Source of the DNA: a virus | Length of the DNA: 40,714 nt | Strand: one strand, 5' to 3' | Virus genome (UHGV): UHGV-2188828 | Shown here: in pieces, positions 9,263 through 17,102 of the stretch | Layout of the letters: each line of letters opens with the position of its first letter | Numbering within the stretch: the first letter of the stretch is position 1 | Position numbers and translations under genes: made by a program | The notes under the pieces: model-generated | The model's input: only the letters and a program-made list of their open reading frames with translations | Told to the model about the DNA's origin: nothing | Database searches by the model: none

Positions 9263-11761
9263 GTGAAATATCTTAGAGAAGTGAAGGCTGACTTGAGTAA
9301 AAGCCTACATAATAATATACAAGTTAAACAGAGTGATAATGCAAGGTACTTATTATTTAGAATACTAGATAATGGAGTACCTTTTTCATTGGAAAATAAA
9401 ACTGTAAGGTGTTTTGGTAAAAAAACAGATGGCAAAGAGATATATAATGATATGTCTATAACTAATGCTATAAAAGGTGAATGTGAATTAAGACTTACAA
9501 GTGGTGCTTTATCTGCTCCAGGTATATTACAATTAGAGATCGAAATAAAAGAAAACGAGGATATTTTATCAACTTTTTTACTTGATGTAGATGTTAAAAG
9601 GTCTTTACGTTCTAATAGTAGTATAGAAAGTTCCAACGAGTTTACTGCCTTAGAAAATGGAATTATTAAATTAGATGAATGGGACAAATATTTCAAAGAA
9701 ACTAGTGGTGCAATAGAAGAAAAATATACCGAAAGATTAAATGGAATTAATTCGTCCTTGGAAAAAATTGAACAAGAAACTAATATTTTAGAAACTAATA
9801 AGGTTGACTTTGATTATCTAAACACTAAATTAGGTCAAATAGTAAGTGGAGAACCTAAGGGTGTCTATGGAAGTTTAGAATCATTGCAGGCAGATAAACC
9901 AACAGGTGGAACAGGAATATATATAACAGTAGATAATGGAAATTGGAATTATTGGAATGGTACATCTTGGGTTAGTGGAGGAGTTTATCAAGGACAAGTT
10001 ATACCACAAAAATCTATCGAACCTTATCAAACTACATTTTTTAAAACTGGTAAAAACTTATTTGATAAAAAGAAAGCTTTAATTGATTTTAGAGTTAGTA
10101 GTTTAAATGGACAACTAGAAAGTGATATGTTATTTTATGCAAGCGATTATATATTTGTAGAGCCTAATACTCAATACGTTAAATCAACATCACATACATT
10201 AGCATTTTATACTAAAGATTACGTGTATATAAGTGGTGTTAGTGGTGAATTAACATTTACTACACCTTCAAATTGTATGTTTGTTAGGCTATCAGTTCAA
10301 AAAACATTATATAATACTTTTCAACTTGAAAGAGGAAGTGTGCCAACATCATTTGAAGATTATTATGAAATAATACCAAGTGACAAAATAGAACAGTCAC
10401 CAATACCAATGGAAAAAATTCCAGAAATACCAATAGACAAGTTAGATTTTGCTGAAGCATTAAATAATATATTTAACAAAAATGATACAAGTATAATTTT
10501 AGATAAATATATGGATACCATAGGAAAATCACATGATAATACTCAATATTGTATAAGTCATTTTATAAAGGTTTACCCTAATACACAGTATTGTAGCTTT
10601 AATTATAGGTTTATAACATATTATGATGTAAATAAAAACCCAATTGGTGAAGGTGTAGATAATCCACCCGGACTTGGTTTGCCTTTTACAACTAGTTCAA
10701 ACACTTATTATATTAAAGTATCATTTTTAAAAGCTAATATAAATGAATTTCATATAAATGCTGGTGAAAAATTACTACCTTATGAACCTTTTAAAATTGT
10801 TATTCCGTCTGAATACCTAGATTTGTCAAAAACTGAAAGTGAAAAAGTCTATATTCATATTTGTGATATTTATGGAGTTCCTAACAAAGAAATATTAATA
10901 TATTTTAATAACATAATTTCTAATTATGAAAAAGGATTTTATGATATAAAAATTGTGTGTTCAAAAGGGATGCAATACAAAGATTCTTGGAGGTATACTT
11001 CATCACAAGCTGAACAATTCCCTTTAACCATAAAAGTATACAAAAATGGAACTATTTTAAATCAAAAAAACATAAATATTAAGATTGCTACTCCATTAGA
11101 GTTATCATCTAAAAAAATAATATTCATAGGTGATAGTACAACTAACCAACTATTATATCCTCAACATTTTAAGACAAATACAAATGCAATTTTATTAGGA
11201 ACTAGAGGAACAACTCCTAACTTTCATGAAGGAAGAAGTGGGTGGACAGCTAAGCAATATTGTACCGTTCCTAGTGCCTCAGATAGCCAAGGGGAGACCA
11301 TTGTTAATGCTTTTTGGAATGCAACAAAAAATGAGTTTGATTTTAGTTACTATATGCAACAACAAAGTTACGCAAATGTTGATTATGTAACTATTCATTT
11401 AGGTATAAATGATATTTATCAAAACTTAAATGTTATCGAGACTGTTGGGTATTTTAATAGAATGATAAACAGTATCAAAACATTTAATTCTAGCATTAAA
11501 GTATTTTTAGTTATTACAATACCACCTACTAGTAATGCAGATACTTTTGGAGTTAGATATGGTTGTGCAAAAGCTAGATGGGAATATATTAATGATTATT
11601 TCATTATGTTGGAAGAGTTAAGAAAAATACAAAATGTCACTTTAGTATCATCTAATGCAATAATAAATTGTGATACTAACTTTGTAGACGCTGTACATCC
11701 AAATAGCGATGGGTATAAACAAATGGCAGAACAACTAGAATATGCAATATATTGTAATTAA
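9263..11761 (+). CDS. tail fibre / receptor-binding protein with C-terminal SGNH/GDSL hydrolase (esterase) domain
   Basis: 832 aa with a GTG start after RBS GAAAGGAAGTG. The C-terminal domain carries the GDSL block KIIFIGDSTTN and the catalytic block DAVHPNSDGY, with GINDIY between them. Confidence 0.7.
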   Translation: MKYLREVKADLSKSLHNNIQVKQSDNARYLLFRILDNGVPFSLENKTVRCFGKKTDGKEIYNDMSITNAIKGECELRLTSGALSAPGILQLEIEIKENEDILSTFLLDVDVKRSLRSNSSIESSNEFTALENGIIKLDEWDKYFKETSGAIEEKYTERLNGINSSLEKIEQETNILETNKVDFDYLNTKLGQIVSGEPKGVYGSLESLQADKPTGGTGIYITVDNGNWNYWNGTSWVSGGVYQGQVIPQKSIEPYQTTFFKTGKNLFDKKKALIDFRVSSLNGQLESDMLFYASDYIFVEPNTQYVKSTSHTLAFYTKDYVYISGVSGELTFTTPSNCMFVRLSVQKTLYNTFQLERGSVPTSFEDYYEIIPSDKIEQSPIPMEKIPEIPIDKLDFAEALNNIFNKNDTSIILDKYMDTIGKSHDNTQYCISHFIKVYPNTQYCSFNYRFITYYDVNKNPIGEGVDNPPGLGLPFTTSSNTYYIKVSFLKANINEFHINAGEKLLPYEPFKIVIPSEYLDLSKTESEKVYIHICDIYGVPNKEILIYFNNIISNYEKGFYDIKIVCSKGMQYKDSWRYTSSQAEQFPLTIKVYKNGTILNQKNINIKIATPLELSSKKIIFIGDSTTNQLLYPQHFKTNTNAILLGTRGTTPNFHEGRSGWTAKQYCTVPSASDSQGETIVNAFWNATKNEFDFSYYMQQQSYANVDYVTIHLGINDIYQNLNVIETVGYFNRMINSIKTFNSSIKVFLVITIPPTSNADTFGVRYGCAKARWEYINDYFIMLEELRKIQNVTLVSSNAIINCDTNFVDAVHPNSDGYKQMAEQLEYAIYCN

Positions 11762-11804
11762 TATAATAATCGACTTAAAGGACGACATAACTAAATAAAG
11801 ATTT

Positions 11805-11840
11805 AAGAGAGATTTAGAGTAATTCTAAGTCTCTTTTTTA
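11805..11840 (+). terminator. rho-independent terminator after the tail fibre gene
   Basis: GAGATTTAGA-gtaat-TCTAAGTCTC hairpin followed by TTTTTT. Confidence 0.55.
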
Positions 11841-11870
11841 TACAAAAAATAAGGAAGGTGGTACAAATGT

Positions 11871-12074
11871 ATGGAGGGGGAAGTAATTAAATATTTTATA
11901 ACACAAGGGGCATTTGCAGTGCTTTTTATGTGGCTATTGATAGATACCAGAAAGGATAGTAAGCAAAGGGAAGAAAAGTACCAACAGACAATAGATAAAT
12001 TAGCGGACAAAATCAACATAGTTGAGGATATCAAGGAAGATGTTGAGGAAATAAAAAATAAATTAAATAAATAA
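11871..12074 (+). CDS. BhlA/UviB-family holin-like protein
   Basis: 67 aa. ITQGAFAVLFMWLLIDTRKDSKQREEKYQQTIDKL matches the BhlA family pattern of one N-terminal TM helix and a charged coiled-coil C-terminus. Confidence 0.6.
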   Translation: MEGEVIKYFITQGAFAVLFMWLLIDTRKDSKQREEKYQQTIDKLADKINIVEDIKEDVEEIKNKLNK

Positions 12075-12089
12075 GGGAGAGTGTTATTA

Positions 12090-12269
12090 ATGAAAGAAAG
12101 AATCGCAAAGAAGTTAACAAGTGCTAGATTTTTAATGGCTATAATATTCACACTAGTTATAAGCTACATGGCTATAACTGGAACTATAAGCGGAGAGCAG
12201 TTCGTGCCACTTGCAACAATGGTAGTTGCTTTCTACTTTAGTAGAGATAACCAAGTTGCAGAAAAATAA
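12090..12269 (+). CDS. holin (small single/dual-TM phage holin)
   Basis: MKERIAKKLTSARFLMAIIFTLVISYMAITG... is hydrophobic with a charged C-terminus, RBS AAGGGAGAG is upstream, and it sits directly before the endolysin gene. Confidence 0.6.
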   Translation: MKERIAKKLTSARFLMAIIFTLVISYMAITGTISGEQFVPLATMVVAFYFSRDNQVAEK

Positions 12270-12311
12270 AGAGGGGTTTATCCCCTCTATTCTATTTTAA
12301 GGAGGGATTTT

Positions 12312-13208
12312 ATGGACGGAATTGATATATCAAAACATAATGGAAACATAGATTTTGACAAAGTTAAATCTAGTGGCATAAATGTTATTGTAATGAAGGC
12401 CACAGAGGGTGGAAGTTATATAGACCCAATGTTAGAAAAAAATTATAAACAAGCTTTAGGCAAGGGATTTAATATTGGATTTTATCATTTTCTATATGAG
12501 TTATCTGACCCCAAAAGACAGGCTAACTGGTTCTGGCAGAACATCAAAGATAAAGAATTTAATGTAATTCCGGTTTTAGATGCAGAAAGAAATAACAATA
12601 ATAAGTTTAATAAAGAAACTTACACTAAGTTTTGTTTAGACTTCCTAGAAGAATTTAAACGACTAAGTGGAATTGATTGCATCTTATATACTTATACCCA
12701 TTTTGCTAATAGCTTAATGGATAGTAGATTAAAGCCTTACAAGTTATGGGAAGCCAACTATTATACTAATAATGGTCAAAGGCACAATAGAAAAGGGTTA
12801 ACTAACATATGGGGCAAAGACATCGTGGGACACCAGTACGCTAGCACCGGTAGAGTTAATGGAATAAATACAAATTGTGATCTAAACGACTTTGAAGAAG
12901 GCATTTTATTAAATAAGATAGAAAAGCCAAGTAAACCAGTAAATAATCCAGTTAAGGAGGAATCAAAATTGTTAGAACAATGTAAGAAACACGTATTAAA
13001 TTTTGGAGAGAAAGGAACTTATGTATACTTAGCACAAAGTGCTATGAAAGCCTTAGGTTTGTATTCCGGTGTAATAGATGGTTCATATGGTCCAGCTAAG
13101 GGAAACGGAAGTTTTTATCAAGCTGTTATCGCTTTAAATAAAATGCTAGGATTTAAAAACGATAGTCAATTAGGCCCAGCATGTTGGACTTATATTTTAA
13201 CTAAATAA
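12312..13208 (+). CDS. endolysin: GH25 muramidase with C-terminal peptidoglycan-binding domain
   Basis: The N-terminus MDGIDISKHNGNIDFDKVKSSGINVIVMKATEG...FYHF is a GH25 signature. The C-terminus has a PG_binding_1-like LAQSAMKALGLYSGVIDGSYGPAKG. Confidence 0.85.
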   Translation: MDGIDISKHNGNIDFDKVKSSGINVIVMKATEGGSYIDPMLEKNYKQALGKGFNIGFYHFLYELSDPKRQANWFWQNIKDKEFNVIPVLDAERNNNNKFNKETYTKFCLDFLEEFKRLSGIDCILYTYTHFANSLMDSRLKPYKLWEANYYTNNGQRHNRKGLTNIWGKDIVGHQYASTGRVNGINTNCDLNDFEEGILLNKIEKPSKPVNNPVKEESKLLEQCKKHVLNFGEKGTYVYLAQSAMKALGLYSGVIDGSYGPAKGNGSFYQAVIALNKMLGFKNDSQLGPACWTYILTK

Positions 13209-13245
13209 TAAGTTATAATAAAAAAGCTATACTTACAAAATAAAA

Positions 13246-13290
13246 AGAGCGATTAATCACAATAGGGGAGGATTAATCGCTCTTTTTGTT
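13246..13290 (+). terminator. rho-independent terminator after the lysis module
   Basis: 13-bp stem AGAGCGATTAATC...GATTAATCGCTCT followed by TTTTTGTTT. Confidence 0.7.
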
Positions 13291-13481
13291 TATATATGGG
13301 TTCAGGAGTATTAATTTAATTAAAACTAATACTGGTTTATTATATCAATTACAAAATAGCATAAAAATGGAAGGTAGTCAATAAATTCACTCTAATTATG
13401 TCGTAAATAGGGTTGATTTATAAATGTTATATTTATCTAAGTATTTGGTTATACTTATAAATAGCATTGTACTATACTTAT

Positions 13482-13527
13482 AAAAAGGCAGTAGGTAGGG
13501 AGTAATCCTTATCTGCTGCCTTTTTTG
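13482..13527. terminator. second, bidirectional terminator-like hairpin (AAAAAGGCAG...CTGCCTTTTTT)
   Basis: GC stem flanked by an A-run and a T-run. No ORF lies between the two terminators. Confidence 0.5.
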
Positions 13528-13646
13528 TTTGGTGGACAAATTTACCATATATATTGTAAAATAAAATTGTTCAAATATATTATTAAGATTTAAGAAAAGA
13601 TATATTCATAGTCATTAAAGAATATGCTAAATCATAGGAGGGTAAC

Positions 13647-14579
13647 ATGAGAAAAAATATCGTATCATTTTTAAATATGAAGGGTGGAGTGTGTAAAACA
13701 ACGTTATGTAAAGAAATGGCATTATATTTATCAGAAGAAGAAAATAAAAAAGTTTTAGTAATTGATATAGATCCACAAGCTAATTGTACACATTCATTTT
13801 TTGAAAAATTTAAAATAAAAGATAGATATAAAAAAAATAGTAAGTATAACGAACAATACGTTCAAGAAAAAGAAATAGTTACTTTAGATGATAACTTAGG
13901 AATACCATCAATACAAAAGATATTTACTTCTAATAGAACAATTTTTAAGAGTTTAAAGAAAGAGGACGTTATATGTGAATTAAATGATAATCTACATATT
14001 ATACCAGGTGATTTAAATACTGTTTTTATGGAAAGGAATGCAGGTGGACAAGCAGAGCAAGCATTAGTTAATTTTATAAGAAATTTAAAATTGAAAGAAT
14101 TTTATGATTATATCTTAATTGATTGTCCTCCGACATATTCATTTTATACTGTTTCAGCTATATTAGCATCAGATTTCTATTTAGTACCGTTAGTGCCGGA
14201 TATGTATTCGATATTAGGGTTAGATTTATTAGAGAAGGTAGTTAAAGATATGAGAGAAATACATGCCACACATTTTGAATATAGAAATATAGAGAATTTG
14301 GGTGTGGTATTTACTAAAATACCTGTCTCAGAGAAAGGTAGTGAAGGTGTATTAATTAGGAATATGGAAATTGTAAAAAAAGCAAAAACTTTTGAAGGAT
14401 TATATTTTTTTGAAAATAGTTTTAAGAGGGCAGTAAAAATGGAGGTTTTGAAATTAGAAACTTTCATTTTAGATAGAGAAGACACTGACTTGAGAGAAAG
14501 TCTAAGAGGGATTTGTGAAGAATTCATTAGTAGGGTAGGTGTATATAATGATAAATATGATGGAGAAACAAGCAATTAA
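13647..14579 (+). CDS. ParA/MinD-family (deviant Walker A) ATPase
   Basis: NMKGGVCKTT is a KGGxxK[ST] deviant Walker A. VLVIDIDPQAN and ILIDCPPT are ParA/Soj-like motifs. 310 aa with an extended C-terminus, and very low GC. Confidence 0.8.
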   Translation: MRKNIVSFLNMKGGVCKTTLCKEMALYLSEEENKKVLVIDIDPQANCTHSFFEKFKIKDRYKKNSKYNEQYVQEKEIVTLDDNLGIPSIQKIFTSNRTIFKSLKKEDVICELNDNLHIIPGDLNTVFMERNAGGQAEQALVNFIRNLKLKEFYDYILIDCPPTYSFYTVSAILASDFYLVPLVPDMYSILGLDLLEKVVKDMREIHATHFEYRNIENLGVVFTKIPVSEKGSEGVLIRNMEIVKKAKTFEGLYFFENSFKRAVKMEVLKLETFILDREDTDLRESLRGICEEFISRVGVYNDKYDGETSN

Positions 14580-14943
14580 CAAAATTAAGAAAATACATAA
14601 TTTAAAAGATGTGGAGTATATTAAAGGTGAACTGTATTCTATATTTTCAATTCTTATTTTTTCTAAAAAATGTTTTTCGAAAAATATTGATATAAAAGTA
14701 TTCTTAGAAAAATTTAATATGAGATTTAAAGACTATGTATATGTTTCTAGACCTAATATTTTATCAAGAGTTTTAAGAGAAATCCAAAAAGCAGATGAAA
14801 CAAGTATACGAAATATAGTAAAAATGCTACTTGATGAAATACATTATGAAAAAGAAGAGTTAAAAGAAATAAATAAAAAAAGTGAAAGTGAAAATTATTT
14901 ATTAGGAATTTTAAATAGGTATACGAGAAATGACAAAAAGTAA
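14548..14943 (+). CDS. hypothetical protein; middle gene of the ParA-like cassette
   Basis: ATG 14548 lies 7 nt after AGGTG and overlaps the ParA-like stop; the six-frame track starts at GTG 14539. Very low GC, and I recognise no motif. Confidence 0.5.
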   Translation: MINMMEKQAINKIKKIHNLKDVEYIKGELYSIFSILIFSKKCFSKNIDIKVFLEKFNMRFKDYVYVSRPNILSRVLREIQKADETSIRNIVKMLLDEIHYEKEELKEINKKSESENYLLGILNRYTRNDKK

Positions 14944-15613
14944 TAGTGATGAATATAAAGATTTTTTGAAAATGTATATACCAAAGTCATATTTTATTAA
15001 CAGTATGACTAAAAACATTTATTCAAGAATTACTGAAAATTTAGTAGTAACTGAAATATTTAAAAGTTATATTAATGAATGTGAATTAGAGTGTTATATA
15101 GAGTTTTTAGAGAACTACAAAAATAAATATAATAAGCTATTGTTATATTTGGGAATTAATGATTATGAATCTGTAACTTATTGTATAAGGAGCTTAATTG
15201 AAAATTTGTTAAAATTTATATATTCAATTTATATAATTGAGTTAAAAGAAAATATAGAAATGTTTAGCTATAGAAATATAAAAGATGAATTAATAGAGTT
15301 CAGTAAAAACGGTTTGGAAATTAATATGGAATTGATTTCTAAGTTGTTTAGTATTTACGGGGAGTATTCTAAGGTTATTCATGGGAAGGAAAATACTAAA
15401 GTATCAATAGAATACATAGTAGATATAATTGAAAATAAAAATGATAAATTAAATAATATAGATCAAATTTTATTGAAAATAATTAATATTTATGAAGATA
15501 TAATGATTGATATACTAAAAATTGAATATTTAAGTACAAGTGATTTGATAAATTTAAAAAAAATGTTAAGCAAAAAAAGGTTTGATAGATTCCAAAATAT
15601 TATAAAAGCGTAA
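14930..15613 (+). CDS. hypothetical protein; distal gene of the ParA-like cassette
   Basis: 227 aa overlapping the upstream gene by 14 nt. Extremely AT-rich, and followed by tandem terminators. Confidence 0.55.
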   Translation: MTKSNSDEYKDFLKMYIPKSYFINSMTKNIYSRITENLVVTEIFKSYINECELECYIEFLENYKNKYNKLLLYLGINDYESVTYCIRSLIENLLKFIYSIYIIELKENIEMFSYRNIKDELIEFSKNGLEINMELISKLFSIYGEYSKVIHGKENTKVSIEYIVDIIENKNDKLNNIDQILLKIINIYEDIMIDILKIEYLSTSDLINLKKMLSKKRFDRFQNIIKA

Positions 15614-15639
15614 AAATAATTCTTATAATAAAAAATTCT

Positions 15640-15681
15640 AAGCTAGTAGGTAAGAGAAATCTTATTTACTAGCTTTTTTAT
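15640..15681 (+). terminator. rho-independent terminator after the cassette
   Basis: AGCTAGTA...TACTAGCT stem followed by TTTTTT. Confidence 0.65.
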
Positions 15682-15744
15682 GTATAAAATTTAAATAGCA
15701 GATAATACTATAAATGTGTTCAGTTATTAATATCTAAATAAAGA

Positions 15745-15781
15745 GGACTAGATTAATTATAAAGTTAATCTAGTCCTTTTT
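15745..15781 (+). terminator. second tandem terminator
   Basis: GGACTAGATTAA-ttataaag-TTAATCTAGTCC followed by TTTT. Confidence 0.6.
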
Positions 15782-15994
15782 GATGTACAAAAAAATAATG
15801 TAATTTATATCTAGAGCCCTCATTAATATTATAGCATGAATAAAGAGTTTGTTGAATATAAAAATACTAGGATATTAGCCATACCCTAGTCTTAAAATTT
15901 GCAATTAATATAACAAAACAATGATTAGATTTAATATTATTTGATAATAATAAAAAATATTGAAATAATAAATAGTATCAAAATTAATAATTAA

Positions 15995-16030
15995 ATAAAA
16001 AAGCACCCAGGGCAATCTAGGTGTTTTTTG
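15995..16030. terminator. bidirectional terminator at the 3' end of the minus-strand small-gene operon
   Basis: CACCCAG-ggcaat-CTAGGTG stem with an A-run upstream and T6 downstream. Confidence 0.5.
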
Positions 16031-16036
16031 CAGAAA

Positions 16037-16186
16037 TTAAATTTTAACTACATATTCATCTCTACCAATAGCTTTAACTTCTACATTATTAGATTTTAAT
16101 AAGTCAATAAACTTATCAATACTTTCTAAAGAAGAAGAATCCACATTTAAGATTAATTCATCTTTAGTGATTCTATCTATACTCAC
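16037..16186 (-). CDS. small hypothetical protein (about 49 aa, probable GTG start)
   Basis: (V)SIDRITKDELILNVDSSSLESIDKFIDLLKSNNVEVKAIGRDEYVVKI, preceded by AGGGGGG. Below the track length cutoff, and the start is uncertain. Confidence 0.35.
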   Translation of the reverse strand: MSIDRITKDELILNVDSSSLESIDKFIDLLKSNNVEVKAIGRDEYVVKI

Positions 16187-16273
16187 AATATGATCCCCCC
16201 TAGAAGTAAATTAAAGTATAACATTATAATGTATTATATCATAACAATTTTTGAATAAAAAAGATACGCAAAG

Positions 16274-16423
16274 CTAACTACTCATCTTCTCTTTTAAATA
16301 CCATTCCTCTAATAACTTATTAACTAAAGTAGAAAGGCTTACCTGACCTTCATTCTCTATTAATTTAATTTGTACTTTCTTTTTTAAATCTTCTTCGATA
16401 TAAATAGTCGTCTTTTCTCTCAT
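16274..16423 (-). CDS. ribbon-helix-helix (CopG/Arc-like) small DNA-binding protein
   Basis: 49 aa MREKTTIYIEEDLKKKVQIKLIENEGQVSLSTLVNKLLEEWYLKEKMSS. It has an N-terminal beta-strand then two helices, typical of RHH antitoxins and repressors. RBS AGGTG is 6 nt upstream. Confidence 0.5.
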   Translation of the reverse strand: MREKTTIYIEEDLKKKVQIKLIENEGQVSLSTLVNKLLEEWYLKEKMSS

Positions 16424-16512
16424 ATATAACACCTCATAATAATTTTAGTAAGATATCATGATAATTTTATAAGATATCATTATGATGTTATACCGTTATG
16501 ACGTCATAAAAG

Positions 16513-16740
16513 TTAATAAGTATCATAAAAAAATAAAAAAACATCTACAGGATCCAGTTTTAGCTCTTTAGAAATTTTTCTAACAAATTCCATATTAACG
16601 TTGCTAAACTTACGATTTTCTATTCTGGAAAGATAACTTCTATCTACATTTAACTTTTTAGATAACTCTAATTGAGAGATGCCTAACTTTTTTCTCCTAT
16701 GTTTCAGCAAAGTGTACCACCAATATATAATTATAGACAA
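16513..16740 (-). CDS. XRE-family helix-turn-helix protein
   Basis: LKHRRKKLGISQLELSKKLNVDRSYLSRIENRKF is a classic HTH_3. The real start may be TTG at 16710 (MLKHRR...) after GGTGG. Confidence 0.55.
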   Translation of the reverse strand: MSIIIYWWYTLLKHRRKKLGISQLELSKKLNVDRSYLSRIENRKFSNVNMEFVRKISKELKLDPVDVFLFFYDTY

Positions 16741-16946
16741 TATTCAACAAGAAAAACAGGGAAAAATCTAACAATACACGAACGCTGTCGAAATGTTCAT
16801 GGTATGCACACTTTTTCGTGGTAAAATAAAGAGGAAGAGGGTTTTGTAGCTATAAAATATCTAATTCATATATAAAAAACGATTTGAATACCGAACGTTT
16901 GTTTGGTATAATTTATTTAAGAGTTTTGCAAGAGGGGAGAGTTAAT

Positions 16947-17066
16947 ATGAGCAGTAAATACATCAGGGGGACTAGCAAAAAAGAATTAAACACAGAAAAA
17001 TTGCTAAGATTAGAAAAAGATTTTTATAGGATATTAACTGAATTAAAAGATGGTATTTATGAATAA
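16947..17066 (+). CDS. small hypothetical ORF (39 aa)
   Basis: MSSKYIRGTSKKELNTEKLLRLEKDFYRILTELKDGIYE after RBS AGAGGGGAGAG. Its 3' end overlaps the left arm of the 48-bp palindrome. Confidence 0.3.
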   Translation: MSSKYIRGTSKKELNTEKLLRLEKDFYRILTELKDGIYE

Positions 17067-17096
17067 GAGATAATACTCTGATTCATAAATACCATC
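17049..17096. promoter_or_regulatory. 48-bp quasi-palindrome immediately downstream of the serine integrase gene: candidate attP core and/or bidirectional terminator
   Basis: GATGGTATTTATGAAT-aagagataatactctg-ATTCATAAATACCATC has perfect 16-bp arms and a 16-bp partly palindromic spacer. It lies between the convergent small ORF and the integrase gene. Confidence 0.45.
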
Positions 17097-17102
17097 ATAA
17101 AT

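Noticed and set aside
13647-14579. Calling the ATPase simply 'parA of a parAB partition system'
   Set aside because: The two downstream proteins show no ParB, ParG or RHH centromere-binding features that I can see. No clear iteron array precedes the gene. The cassette has anomalous composition and lies in the defence and moron hotspot. Partition is kept only as one hypothesis.
17049-17096. The 48-bp palindrome as an inverted-repeat end of an IS or transposon
   Set aside because: No transposase gene is adjacent, and it is a single hairpin-type palindrome rather than two separated terminal IRs. An integrase attP or terminator is more parsimonious.
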